Source: Macrostomum lignano (taxonomy: Eukaryota). Taken from it: a DNA stretch of 64,000 bases. The DNA lies in NCBI GenBank assembly GCA_002269645.1, contig NIVC01003637.1, positions 22,390-86,389 on the forward strand, read 5' to 3'. Shown one piece after another: positions 27,905 through 41,520 of this stretch; within the stretch, counting starts at the first letter, position 1; every line of letters begins with the position of its first letter. A program made the position numbers and the translations under genes. The notes under the pieces are model-generated. The model saw nothing but the letters and a program-made list of their open reading frames with translations, was not told the DNA's origin and ran no database searches.

Positions 27905-30900
27905 TCAAAGGAGGAGAAGGAACAGCGACTGTGACGATGAGTGCCTGCAATGAGACTGCGGACTGCTCTTGACCTGGGAATGGGGCCAACTGAGGTCACT
28001 GGATTAGAATGAAGGTCATTTGAGGTCACTGGACTAGGATGAAGATCATCTGAGGTCACTGGACTAGAATGAAGGTCACTTGAGGTCATTGGATTAGAAT
28101 GAAGGTCATCAGAGGTCATTGGATTAGAATGAGGGTCATCTGAGGTCATTGGATTAGAATGGTCATCTGAGGTCATTGGATTAGAATGAAGGTCATCAGA
28201 GGTCATTGGATTAGAATGAAGGTCAGTTGAAGTCATTGGATTAGAATGAAGGTCAGTTGAAGTCATTGGATTAGAATGAAGGTCATCAGAGGTCATTGGA
28301 TTAGAATGAAGGTCAGTTGAAGTCATTGGATTAGAATGAGGGTAATCTGAGGTCATTGGATTAGAATGAAGGTCAGTTGAAGTCATTGGATTAGAATGAG
28401 GGTCATCAGAGGTCATTGGATTAGAATGAAGATCAGTTGAAATCATTGGATTAGAATGAAGGTCACCTGAGGTCACTGGACTAGAATGAAGGTCACTTGA
28501 GGTCATTGGATTAGAATGAAGGTCATCAGAGGTCATTGGATTAGAATGAGGGTCATCTGAGGTCATTGGATTAGAATGGTCATCTGAGGTCATTGGATTA
28601 GAATGAAGGTCATCAGAGGTCATTGGATTAGAATGAAGGTCAGTTGAAGTCATTGGATTAGAATGAAGGTCAGTTGAAGTCATTGGATTAGAATGAAGGT
28701 CATCAGAGGTCATTGGATTAGAATGAAGGTCAGTTGAAGTCATTGGATTAGAATGAGGGTCATCTGAGGTCATTGGATTAGAATGAAGGTCAGTTGAAGT
28801 CATTGGATTAGAATGAGGGTCATCTGAGGTCATTGGATTAGAATGAAGATCAGTTGAAATCATTGGATTAGAATGAAGGTCACCTGAGGTCACTGGACTA
28901 GAATGAAGGTCACTTGAGGTCATTGGATTAGAATGAAGGTCATCAGAGGTCACTGGATTAGAATGAAGGTTATCAGAGGTCACTAAATTAGAATGAGGGT
29001 CATCTGAGGTCACTGGACTAGAATGAGGGTCACCTGAGGTCTTTGGATTAAAATGAAGTTCACCTGAGGTCATATGATCAGGATTAGAGACACTTAAGGT
29101 CATTGTATGAGGGTCACCTGAGGTCATTGGATTAAAACGAGGGTCGCCAAGATCATAAGATCAGAATTAGGGTCACCTAAGGTCATATGATTGCAATGAG
29201 GGTCATCTGAGGTCATCGCAGACTCAGTCATTAGATATTTTAGTGCATGCACTTCTAAAAAGGCCTCAGAAGAGTGGACAGTATCTTGAGTCTAAATTGG
29301 TGCAATTTACTGTGACAGATAAACCCACAAGGACGGTGCAGATGTCCAACGATATGTATAATAAAGGACAAATTGTCATATCAATCATTAATTGTTCAAG
29401 TAATAAATTTCGAAAAAAAGTATTGATTAATTTCAATCACAAATATAATGATTGATTATGAATTGTTGTTTGTCCGATAAATGACCGTGACTAGAATTTT
29501 AATTTAATAATAAATTAATATGTATATTTAATAACACGTACTACTGAATAAGCATATATATAAGTAGTTGCACAGCATGAAAGCATTAAAAAAGAAAATT
29601 AACTAAAAATAAAAATACTACTGGTGTAAAAGCGGGTTGGTAAATACTTGAAACAGAAGCTTTTAAGGCTAATTAATAATAGTAGCAAGGCAGCGCAGAA
29701 GCAGTTAAAGGAAATAAATAAATATTAATATAATTTCTAAAATAAACATTATAAAACATTCATGGAAGCTGAGCCATGAAAATTGTCGCTATTATTTAAA
29801 AATTCTGTAGATAAGTCAATAGAAAAGCATACTGCACTACTTTTTTATTCTTGTGAGTAGAATACTTAGCGAATTGCAAGCGGTTTATTAAAAAAATAAC
29901 AAAATTAATCGATATGCACTTAACATACTACTAACAATATCAGCGCTCACATTCGAAAAAAACTGATTGCAAATGCCACATTAAAGAACAAAAAACCATA
30001 ATTTACATACACGTAAGCAGCAGAGCCATGTATGTTATGCACGCAAATTTTATGCCTAAATATTAGATATTTCTGAATATTTCCGCAAACTTAACTTAAA
30101 CAAGATTTTTCTAATCTCACTACGAGATATCTAATCTCACTATGAAATTTCTAATCTCACTATTAGATTTCTAGTGTTACCATGAGATTGCAGCACTCAA
30201 TAAAGTGATTTTAAATTAGCAGAGGAAAGCAAAATAATTTGGAGCTGCAAAAATCAATAAAACAAAATATAGTTATGACGACACAAAAATATTATTTTTC
30301 TGAACCAGAAAATATGAACAAGCTTTCGAAAAGTGCTGACAGTTAATGACATTTGAAGGTCAGCCGGTCACACCTTGGAATTCCGCCGCCAAATGGAAGT
30401 GAACATGGACACGAAACTGGGCATCACGAAAGACTGAAAAAGTGCAAAGGAGAGAGTAATGGATTACTAATGGCCCAGTTGTTACAGAATTACAGAAATT
30501 AAAAATAGAGTACAGATAGGCCACCCCAGATTACAGAAACCCAAAACCAGATTACAGAATCGCCAATCCAGATTACAGAATCGCCACTCCAGATTACAGA
30601 ATCGCCACTCCAGATTACAGAATCGTCACTTCAGATTACAGAATCGTCACTTCAGATTACAGAATCGTCACTCCAGATTACAGAATCGCCACTCCAGATT
30701 ACAGAATCGTCACTACAGATTACAGAATCGTCACTCTAGATTACAGAATCGTCACTTCAGATTACAGAATCGTCACTTCAGATTACAGAATCGTCACTTC
30801 AGATTACAGAATCGTCACTCCAGATTACAGAATCGTCACTACAGATTACAGAATCGTCACTACAGATTACAGAATCGTCACTCCAGATTACAGAATCGTC

Positions 30901-33900
30901 ACTCCAGGTTACAGAATCGCCAATCCAGATTACAGAATCGTCACTCCAGGTTACAGAATCGTCACTTCAGATTACAGAATCGTCACTTCAGATTACAGAA
31001 TCGCCACTCCAGGTTACAGAATCGTCCATCCAGGTTACAGAATCGTCCATCCAGGTTACAGAAACGCCACCGCATACTAAGCTACAAACTCTCACCCTTC
31101 TATTGTGCCCCTCAGTCGCCGTGGCCTCATCAGCAGTCGCAGCCTCAGTCCTGGCCGCAGCAGTCCGAGAGTCCAGGCATTTCTGATAGCGCAGGTTGCA
31201 GGCAGCCTGCACAGTTTTGCACAGAGCACCGCAGTCGGGTTCGCACCGGCACAGGTGACATTCGGAACAGCCGGCGGCATTTTGAAACACCAGCCCAGCC
31301 AGCTGCACAGAGCGCCTGCTGACGCCCATGAATCTCAGGAATCGAACCCGGAACTCCACCCGAGCGGGCAGACAGTCGTTAATCACGATGCTGATAGTCG
31401 ATGGCGAGGCCATCAATACAGCAGACTCGGCGGATTTCAACAGGACAATTGAGTCAATAGCCGAGTTGAGCTGGTCAATATCAATGCTAGAGGAGTTGGC
31501 ATTGAGTCGGTGTTGGTCCATGAGACACGAGCCCAGGTACTGACAGGGCACACATTTCTGAGGCTCAGCCTGCGGCGTGGGGAACAGGGCGAGGCTGAGG
31601 GGACGGCGCCTACCAGAGCTGGTAGAATTTGAATTAACCGATCCAGGCTCCGGTGATGAGGCTGGAGAAGCTGAGGAATTTGACGCGCTCATCATCATCA
31701 TGAGCAGTTTGCAGCGGTGGCACAGGGCATTGGCCAGATTTGCGGCTGCGCTGCTGTCCGGCTGGCAGTGGAACACGTGACAGACAAATGCCCGGTTCGA
31801 ACCCGGGCCCCCCACCTGTTCGCGGCTCACGTAGGCAAAATTTTGGCCAGAAGCTCCCCAGAGTCGGATGGAGAGCAGAGGCTGAGGCCGGGGAGAGTCC
31901 TTGGCCAGTGACTGGCCAGGACAGTACGTGAGCAGTTTCCAGTCCAGCTGCAGATAGCTGTCAAGGACTCCCGCATCGGTTGGACTGCCTGGTGCTGCGG
32001 ACACAGCTCGAATGCACTGATTGACAGCTCGGCTGGACCGGTTTGAGCAGACAATATCCGAGTTGTCAACCCGGCGCCAGCCCAGGTAGCGAGCGCTAAA
32101 CTGCAGTGACTCGGGTGACTCGGCAACGGAGGCTGCGGCAGCGGCTGATGAGCTCGAGGCCTCAGGTGATGCAGCTCGGGTTGAGCTGCTGGGCGCTGAG
32201 TCGGGTGGAGGGCTCTGCACCGGTGATGGGATGATGGCCGCTGCGTGAGGGTAGGGGGAGGCAGTCAGCAGGGACAATAAGTCAGTTATAAACCAGCGCA
32301 TTTTAAGCTTATCCACTCATGACCCAGTGACCTCAGATGACCTATCGGATTCAACAGAGACTACATGGTTACTGACCTCAGTCGACCCAAGACTACATAG
32401 TTACTGACCTCAGTTGACCCAAGACTACATAGTTACTGACCTCAATTGACCCAAGACTACATAGTTACTGACCTCAGTTGACCCAAGACTACATGGTTAC
32501 TGACCTCAGTTGACCCAAGACTACATAGTTACTGACCTCAGTTGACCCACGACTACATAGTTACTGACCTCAGTTGACCCAAGACTACATAGTTACTGAC
32601 CTCAGTTGACCCAAGACTACATAGCTGACCTCAGTTGACCCAAGACTACATGGTTACTGACCTCAGTCGACCCAAGACTACATAGTTACTGACCTCAATT
32701 GACCCAAGACTACATAGTTACTGACCTCAGTTGACCCAAGACTACATGGTTACTGACCTCAGTTGACCCAAGACTACATAGTTACTGACCTCAGTTGACC
32801 CAAGACTACATGGTTACTGACCTCAGTTGACCCAAGACTACATAGTTACTGACCTCAGTTGACCCAAGACTACATGGTTACTGACCTCAGTTGACCCAAG
32901 ACTACATAGTTACTGACCTCAGTTGACCCAAGACTACATAGCTGACCTCAGTTGACCCAAGACTACATGGTTACTGACCTCAGTCGACCCAAGACTACAT
33001 AGATACTGACCTCAGTTGACCCAAGACTACATAGTTACTGACCTCAGTTGACCCAAGACTACATAGTTACTGACCTCAGTTGACCCAAGACTACATAGTT
33101 ACTGACCTCAGTTGACCCAAGACTACATAGTTACTGACCTCAGTTGACCCAAGACTACATAGTTACTGACCTCAGTTGACCCAAGACTACATAGTTACTG
33201 ACCTCAGTTGACCCAAGACTACATGGTTACTGACCTCAGTTGACCCAAGACTACATAGTTACTGACCTCAGTTGACCCAAGACTACATAGTTACTGACCT
33301 CAGTTGACCCAAGACTACATAGTTACTGACCTCAGTTGACCCAAGACTACATGGTTACTGACCTCAGTTGACCCAAGACTACATAGTTACTGACCTCAGT
33401 TGACCCAAGACTACATGGTTACTGACCTCAGTTGACCCAAGACTACATAGCTACTGACCTCAGTTGACCCAAGACTACATAGCTGACCTCAGTTGACCCA
33501 AGACTACATAGCTGACCTCAGTTGACCCAAGACTACATAGCTGACCTCAGTTGACCCAAGACTACATAGCTGACCTCAGTTGACCCAAGACTACATAGCT
33601 GACCTCAGTTGACCCAAGACTACATAGCTGACCTCAGTTGACCCAAGGCTACATAGCTGACCTCAGTTGACCCAAGACTACATAGCTGACCTCAGTTGAC
33701 CCAAGACTACATAGCTGACCTCAGTTGACCCAAGACTACATAGCTACTGACTTCAGTTGACCCAAGACTACATAGCTACTGACCTCAGTTGACCCAAGAC
33801 TACATAGCTGACCTCAGTTGACCCAAGACTACATAGCTAACCTCAGTTGACCCAAGACTACATGGTTACTGACCTCAGTCGACCCAAGACTACATAGATA

Positions 33901-34449
33901 CTGACCTCAGTTGACCCAAGACTACATAGTTACTGACCTCAGTTGACCCAAGACTACATAGTTACTGACCTCAGTTGACCCAAGACTACATAGCTACTGA
34001 CCTCAGTTGACCGAAGACTACATAGTTACTGACCTCAGTTGACCCAAGACTACATAGCTACTGACCTCAGTTGACCGAAGACTACATAGTTACTGACCTC
34101 ATGGCCTAGGACCTACCAACCGAGCCTCGCAATAAGTCCCAATAAGAGTCAATAAAAAGGCCCCAATGCTCACCTCCCCCGCCGCTGAAGTAGAAGCTCC
34201 TGGGCCTGCTGGGCTGGTCCCCGGGAGCGGGTGGATCCCGCTGAATCGTACCGGAAGGCACATGCCAGTAGTAGTCGCCAATATCGTCTTCGTGTCGCTC
34301 CCATCCGGCGGGCAGTCGCAGGCAGTAGCTGGAGGTCGGGCAGCTGCTCACCCCGCTGTCCGGAGAGCTCACCCGAGCTGGCTTGGCCTGTGCTCGCTGG
34401 GACTTTGCCAATTCGGTGTCCGAGTTTAGACTCGGGCTTGAGGCGGAGG
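27905..34449 (-). CDS. APBB2: APBB/Fe65-like adaptor (WW domain and two PTB/PID domains); 5' exon(s) not identified
   Basis: Phase-compatible exons 34449-34174 (LPAGWERHEDDIGDYYWHVPSGTIQRDPP, WW), 32240-31096 (LQFSARYLGW..IRLWG..FAYVSRE..CHVFHC, PTB1; CQYLGS..EFRVRFLRFMGV..CHLCRCEPDCGALCKTVQAACNLRYQKCLD, PTB2), 30433-30374 (SFVMPSFVSMFTSIWRRNSK) and probable last exon 27973-27905. The last two exons are less certain; symbol denotes the family. Confidence 0.85.
27991..29217 (+). repeat. 30-bp intronic minisatellite (GAGGTCATTGGATTAGAATGAAGGTCATCA)n
   Basis: About 40 units; gives the 417-aa MTSDDLHSNP ORF on the minus strand. Confidence 0.96.
30525..31062 (+). repeat. 21-bp intronic minisatellite (CAGATTACAGAATCGTCACTC)n
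   Basis: About 25 units read directly. Confidence 0.96.
32358..34100 (+). repeat. 32-bp intronic minisatellite (GACCTCAGTTGACCCAAGACTACATAGTTACT)n with 29-bp variants
   Basis: About 55 units filling the intron between the WW and PTB exons. Confidence 0.97.
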
Positions 34450-34492
34450 CTGACAATTAAAGAAAAAATGAGCTTATTCGTATGCGGATAGA

Positions 34493-35366
34493 GCAGATAG
34501 TGTCTAGGATCATCCGAGGTCAGCAAGTAGTGTCTAGGGTCATCCGAGGTCAGCAAGTAGTGTCTAGGGTCATCCGAGGTCAGTAAGTAGTGTCTAAGGT
34601 CATCCGAGGTCAGCAAGTAGTGTCTATGGGGTCATCCAAGGTCAGTGCAAGTAGTGTCTAGGGTCATCCAAGGTCAGCAAGTAGTGTCTAGGGTCATCCG
34701 AGGTCAGCAAGTAGTGTCTAGGGTCATCCGATGTCAGCAAGTAGTGTCTAGGGTCATCCATGGTCAGCAAGTAGTGTCTATGGGGTCATCCAAGGTCAGT
34801 GCAAGTAGTGTCTAGGGTCATTCAAGGTCAGCAAGTAGTGTCTAGGGTCATTCGAGGTCAGCAAGTAGTGTCTAGGGTCATTCGAGGTCAGCAAGTAGTG
34901 TCTAGGGTCATCCAAGGTCAGCAAGTAGCGTCTATGGGGCATGCTTGGGCGCAACCTTGGGATTCACTCGGCCGTTTCTATTGGCAACACACACATGTAA
35001 GTCGCTATTGGACGGAATAGTAGTCACGTGACTGCTCTCAGCCAATAGCGACTTATATGTATGTGTTTCCAATAGAAACGGCCAGGTGATTCCCAAAGTT
35101 GCGCATGTATGCTATGGGGTCATTCAAGGTCAGTGCAAGTAGTGTCTGGGGTCATCCGAGGTCAGCAAGTAGTGTCTAGGGTCATCCGAGGTCAGTAAGT
35201 AGTGTCTAAGGTCATCCGAGGTCAGCAAGTAGTGTCTGGGGTTATCCAAGGTCAGCAAGTAGTGTCTAGGGTCATTCGAGGTCAGCAAGTAGTGTCTAGG
35301 GTCATCCGAGGTCAGCAAGTAGTGTCTAGGGTCATCCAAGGTCAGCAAGTACTGTCTATGGGGTCA
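34493..35366 (+). repeat. 30-bp minisatellite (GAGGTCAGCAAGTAGTGTCTAGGGTCATCC)n interrupted by a foldback insert
   Basis: About 23 units read directly. Confidence 0.95.
34949..35104. mobile_element. 156-bp palindromic (foldback/MITE-like) insert
   Basis: About 63-bp arms (GCGCAACCTTGGGATTCACTCGGCCGTTTCTATTGG..AAGTCGCTATTGG and its reverse complement with few mismatches) around a central AGTCACGTGACT palindrome. Confidence 0.7.
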
Positions 35367-36411
35367 GCCAAGATCATGCAAGTTAAAAAACGGTCATAGA
35401 AATAAAATAGCAGATAGTAAAACATTTAAGAAAAAATAGCTTTTTGACTACTGCTCTCAGTAGCAACCATCGCCCATTGTCAAAATAATCAGATATAATT
35501 TTGGTTAACATTTTTTTATCAAAGAGACGTTCCCTCTCTTGATCAGACAAACCCAGACTCAGGGTAGACAGAAAGTGCAACATCATGGAAATGAAGCATT
35601 ATTAAAAGGTAGAGAGAAACGGACAGACACACACAGGGGAGGCTGGGAGGGAGCAGATGCAGATTGAGATAATTTTAGTGCTTGCTCGCGGAGCCGATAC
35701 AGGCAAAAGGGGATCAGATGTGAGCGCTTATTTCACAGCGCGTGTGGGCGCATTAAACTCGGGGGCCCACTGGATGGGGGGTTGGATGGGATAGGAGAGA
35801 GAAAGAGAGAGAGAGAGAGAGTGAGCAGACAAATTACACGAAATCGAAAATGATGGGGCTCTATCATCTGTCTGTAGGCTTGGATAGCTGTTTAGCGGGC
35901 TACAGAGGCAAGCCTAAAATGGGAAAACAGAAACTAAAGTGAATCATAATTTAACTTGACCTTGACATTATTTTTTGAGACATTAGGGCTTTGATAAAAA
36001 TTATACTTTGAGTCAGGAAATAAGGCTCTGGGTTATCTGAGGTCAGGAGATAAGGGTCTGAGCAATTTAGAGTCAGGAGATTAGGAGTCTAAAAGTACAA
36101 CTCTATAGAGCATAGGTTGTATATTAGGTTCCTTATTACTGGAAGACTGACATGGAAATTCCCAATAAACTGCTCACTCATGGCACGAACGACAGTCTGA
36201 ACTGGCATCAATTTTACGAGACATCTGAGAACCAGGAAGACTTGCCTTGTATATTTTTTATTAATGGCAGAGGCCTGGGGGTCGGGACACTACAGATGGG
36301 ATAGACTGAGGAATACAACTGAGGGATAAATCAGGGAGAGCATCGTGTATTGATGGATTCCATCGAGTGCTGTGCTAGTTTAAGGGTTGCTTCTGCGTTA
36401 CAGACTGGGTG

Positions 36412-36551
<140 letters not shown>

Positions 36552-37058
36552 AACAGAGGCAGACAGCCGCACGGGGCACACGATCGGACAGCTACAGAAA
36601 AAGTGATTCGGGGAAAAGAAAGCACATGGAGGGGGACAGCCAGATGGAGAGGACGCAGGCGGAACAGGGAGCTGACTGATGCGTCCGGCTGATTGCCGCA
36701 GAAAAAAATCGAAGGGACGACAGGGAGAGAAGCTGCAAAAGAGGGAACTAAACTATCTTTGGGCTCCTGGCAACGAAAAAAATAATAAGGCCACGGACCA
36801 AGTTCACGACCGAGGCAGTAAAACGGATGGTCTTCGTTCGATCCGTTCGTCTTAGTTTGTACTTTTAAAGATGCAGGCGGTGCTTATTTTTAAACGGTTT
36901 AAGAACTCACCCATTGCAAAGCCTGCGATTCAGCTCAGATCCATGTTCAGGGTTTCCACATTCAGCTGTCATACATCTTGTAGCCAACATGAATTAGATT
37001 AGCAGAAATTTTATTTTTTTTAAATAAATATTAATAGATTATTACTTAGACTAATTGG

Positions 37059-38740
37059 TAGACTCTTACACTGATGGATTGCTAGACTATGCACTGATGG
37101 ATTGCTAGACTATGCACTGATGGATTGCTAGACTGTGCACTGATGGATTGCTAGACTATGCACTGATGGATTGCTAGACTGTGCACTGATGGATTGCTAG
37201 ACTCTTACACTGATGGATTGCTAGATTATGCACTGATGGATTGCTAGACTATGCACTGATGGATTGCTAGACTCTTACACTGATGGATTGCTAGACTATG
37301 CACTGATGGATTGCTAGACTCTTACACTGATGGATTGCTAGACTATGCACTGATGGATTGCTAGACTATGCACTGATGGATTGCTAGACTATGCACTGAT
37401 GGATTGCTAGACTATGCACTGATGGATTGCTAGACTATGCACTGATGGATTGCTAGACTCTTACACTGATGGATTGCTAGACTATGCACTGATGGATTGC
37501 TAGACTCTTACACTGATGGATTGCTAGACTATGCACTGATGGATTGCTAGACTATGCACTGATGGATTGCTAGACTATGCACTGATGGATTGCTAGACTA
37601 TGCACTGATGGATTGCTAGACTATGCACTGATGGATTGCTAGACTATGCACTGATGGATTGCTAGACTATGCACTGATGGATTGCTAGACTCTTACACTG
37701 ATGGATTGCTAGACTATGCACTGATGGATTGCTAGACTATGCACTGATGGATTGCTAGACTATGCACTGATGGATTGCTAGACTATGCACTGATGGATTG
37801 CTAGACTCTTACACTGATGGATTGCTAGACTATGCACTGATGGATTGCTAGACTATACACTGATGGATTGCTAGACTCTTACACTGATGGATTGCTAGAC
37901 TATGCACTGATGGATTGCTAGACTATGCACTGATGGATTGCTAGACTATGCACTGATGGATTGCTAGACTATGCACTGATGGATTGCTAGACTCTTACAC
38001 TGATGGATTGCTAGACTATGCACTGATGGATTGCTAGACTATACACTGATGGATTGCTAGACTCTTACACTGATGGATTGCTAGACTATGCACTGATGGA
38101 TTGCTAGACTATGCACTGATGGATTGCTAGACTATGCACTGATGGATTGCTAGACTATGCACTGATGGATTGCTAGACTATGCACTGATGGATTGCTAGA
38201 CTATGCACTGATGGATTGCTAGACTCTTACACTGATGGATTGCTAGACTATGCACTGATGGATTGCTAGACTATACACTGATGGATTGCTAGACTCTTAC
38301 ACTGATGGATTGCTAGACTATGCACTGATGGATTGCTAGACTATGCACTGATGGATTGCTAGACTATGCACTGATGGATTGCTAGACTATGCACTGATGG
38401 ATTGCTAGACTGTGCACCAATGGATTGCTAGACTATACACTGATGGATTGCTAGACTCTTACACTGATGGATTGCTAGACTATGCACTGATGGATTGCTA
38501 GACTATGCACTGATGGATTGCTAGACTATGCACTGATGGATTGCTAGACTATGCACTGATGGATTGCTAGACTGTGCACCAATGGATTGCTAGACTATGC
38601 ACTGATGGATTGCTAGACTGTGCACCAATGGATTGCTAGACTATGCACTGATGGATTGCTAGACTGTGCACCAATGGATTGCTAGACTATGCACTGATGG
38701 ATTGCTAGACTGTGCACCAATGGATTGCCAGACTACGCAC
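37059..38740 (+). repeat. 23/24-bp minisatellite (CACTGATGGATTGCTAGACTATG)n
   Basis: About 72 units, with recurring CTCTTA, CTATA and CTGTGCACCAA variants. Confidence 0.97.
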
Positions 38741-39699
38741 TCGTATTACTAGAGTGAATCTAAATAAGTATAAAAGCAGTTTATCGTCTTTCCTAGAATC
38801 ACAGAGGCGTCAGAAAGGATAGAATAAATTATATTTATGAATTATACAACTAAATAAATAACTTTTTGATTGCCATACACACAAGTGGAACGCAAGCATA
38901 CCTTTTTCATACTATGAAAGAAAATATGATTCGTACATGAAACAAGACAGAACGAAAGCTAAAAAATACACCAGTAAATATTCGCAATTGAACAATAATT
39001 ACATATAATTTACTATTTCAATAATAGATTAATGTTCAGTATAAATTAGGGTTAGTAAATAAATATATTTATGAAAGCCCACACAGTATTACGTAAGCAA
39101 AATACTTGAATTTAACCCCAAAAATATCAATTATCTTAAAAGGTAAGAGTTATTGGCAAAAACTTGTTGCAAAATTATTTTTAATACTAATTTGTTAATT
39201 TGTTTAATTGTTTGAGCATCCCAGCTGGAGCGGTATAAGCGTTTTGATAAAGTTTATAAAAAAGAATACTACAGAAAGTTTAATAAACAGTTTTCGGCAA
39301 GGTATAAAGTACATAGTGTACTAATAATTCTAATTAATATTATAATTATTTGTGACAGTTATAAGTGCTTAAGCATACATTAGGGACGATTGTTAAAAAT
39401 ACATTTGACGGAATAGGAATTACATATCGTTTATGCATAGCATAGCAATATTAATGTATAATTTACTGTGTACAGAATCACGCATTGCACCAAAGTTTTG
39501 CCTCGCCAAGGAAAGCAATAAAAAGCTTTAAAGTATTCGAGGCTTTTATAACTTCTACTAAACATGTACAAAAATACTAATTAGGTCTGCTGTTTTATTT
39601 GTCCTGCATTAACTAACAAGCAAATTTATTGGCGACAGCAATGGGGATAAGATTAGAAAATGGAGAGGGAGGGGTGAGAGGTGGACAGGAGAGAAGTGA

Positions 39700-40060
39700 G
39701 ATAGAGGCGAGGCAGAGGGGTGGGGGAGAGGCAGAGGGGCGGAGGGAGAGGCAGAGGGGTGGGGGAGAGGCAGAGGGGTGGGGAGAGGCAGAGGGGCGGA
39801 GGGAGAGGCAGAGGGGTGGGGAGAGACAGAGGGGTGGGGGAGAGGCAGAGGGGTGGGGGAGAGGCAGAGGGGTGGGGAGAGGCAGAGGGGTGGGGGAGAG
39901 GCAGAGGGGTGGGGAGAGGCAGAGGGGTGGGGAGAGGCAGAGGGGCGGAGGGAGAGGCAGAGGGGGGGAGAGGCAGAGGGGTGGGGAGAGGCGGAGGGGT
40001 GGGGAAGAGACAGAGGGGTGGAGGAGAAGCAGAGGGGTGGGGAGAGAGGCAGAGGGAGAA
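39700..40060 (+). repeat. Purine/G-rich 18-20-bp repeat (GAGAGGCAGAGGGGTGGGG)n
   Basis: Read directly. Confidence 0.93.
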
Positions 40061-40361
40061 GCAGAGGCAAGAGACGGGTCAGAACTGCAGGCAGTAAAAT
40101 TCGGTACAAAAGCTCCATAAATAATGATAATATGATGAAACACGCATGCAATACAGAAGCCAGTAAAAGTCAAGCAAGGACACTGGACGCCAGACAGGGG
40201 CAGCAGTTATCTTAGACGGACAAGCAAATAAAGCGGAGATCTGCGGAGCTGAAAAACTGAATTCTTTTCTGGTTTATAAATTATCTTCGAAAATTTCATA
40301 AAAATATTCAATACAGCAAATTGTGGTTTGAAGCTTTTAAAAATGGTTCATCTGTGATTCG

Positions 40362-41420
40362 TTGTCAGATAGGGCGCCGATTATCTCAATTTGTCAGATA
40401 GGGCGCCGATTATCTCAATGTGTCAGATAAGGGCGCCGATTATCTCAATGTGTCAGATATGGCGTCAATAATCTTAATGTATCAGATATGGCGTCAATAA
40501 TCTTAATGTGTCAGATATGGCGTCAATAATCTTAATGTGTCAGATATGGCGTCAATAATCTTAATGTGTCAGATATGGCGTCAATAATCTAAATGTGTCA
40601 GATATGGCGCCGATTATCTAAATGTGTCAGATATGGCGTCAATAATCTTAATGTGTCAGATATGGCGTCAATAATCTTAATGTGTCGGATATGGCGTCAA
40701 TAATCTAAAAATGTCAGATATGGCGCCGATATCTAGATGTGTCAGATATGGCGCCAAAAATCTAAATGTGTCAGATACGGCGCCAAAAATCTAAATGTGT
40801 CAGATACGGCGCCAATATCTAAATGTGTCAGATACGGCGCCGATATCTAAATGTGTCAGATATGGCGTCAATAATCTTAATGTGTCAGATATGGCGTCAA
40901 TAATCTTAATGTGTCAGATATGGCGTCAATAATCTTAATGTGTCAGATATGGCGCCGATTATATAATTGTGTCAGATATGGCGTCAATAATCTTAATGTG
41001 TCAGATATGGCGTCAATAATCTTAATGTGTCGGATATGGCGTCAATAATCTAAATATGTCAGATATGGCGCCGATATCTAGATGTGTCAGATATGGCGCC
41101 AAAAATCTAAATGTGTCAGATACGGCGCCAAAAATCTAAATGTGTCAGATACGGCGCCAATATCTAAATGTGTCAGATATGGCGCCGATTATCTAAATGT
41201 GTCAGACAGGGCGCCGATTATCTCAATGTGTCAGATATGGCGCCGATTATCTCAATGTGTCAGAAAAGGGCGCCGATTATCTCAATGTGTCAGATAGGGC
41301 GCCGATTATCTCAATGTGTCAGATAGGGCGCCGATTATCTCAATGTGTCAGATAAGGCGTCGATTATCTTACTGTGTCAGATATGGCGTTGATTAATTGG
41401 GGAGTCAGATATGGCGCTAA
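40362..41420 (+). repeat. 28-29-bp minisatellite (TGTCAGATATGGCGTCAATAATCTTAATG)n and variants
   Basis: About 36 units, starting about 100 bp downstream of the RhoGAP stop codon. Confidence 0.95.
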
Positions 41421-41520
41421 CCAATTAGGATGTCAGATAAGGGCAGATAGGGGCGCCAAAAAAGCCATTAAATTCAAAACTAGAGATCGATTCATCAGTA
41501 AAACAAAACACACACACAGA

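Noticed and set aside
27634-27972. 112-aa plus-strand ORF with a Leu-rich hydrophobic stretch
   Set aside because: Antisense to the probable last exon and 3' UTR of the APBB-like gene; the Leu run comes from CTG repeats. Not excluded, but unsupported.
27874-29127. 417-aa MTSDDLHSNP repeat protein
   Set aside because: Stop-free frame of a 30-bp intronic satellite, bounded by a good acceptor at 27973; treated as non-coding unless intron retention is shown.
39609-40215. Pro-rich and Gly/Arg/Glu-rich ORFs on both strands
   Set aside because: Translation of a low-complexity purine repeat.
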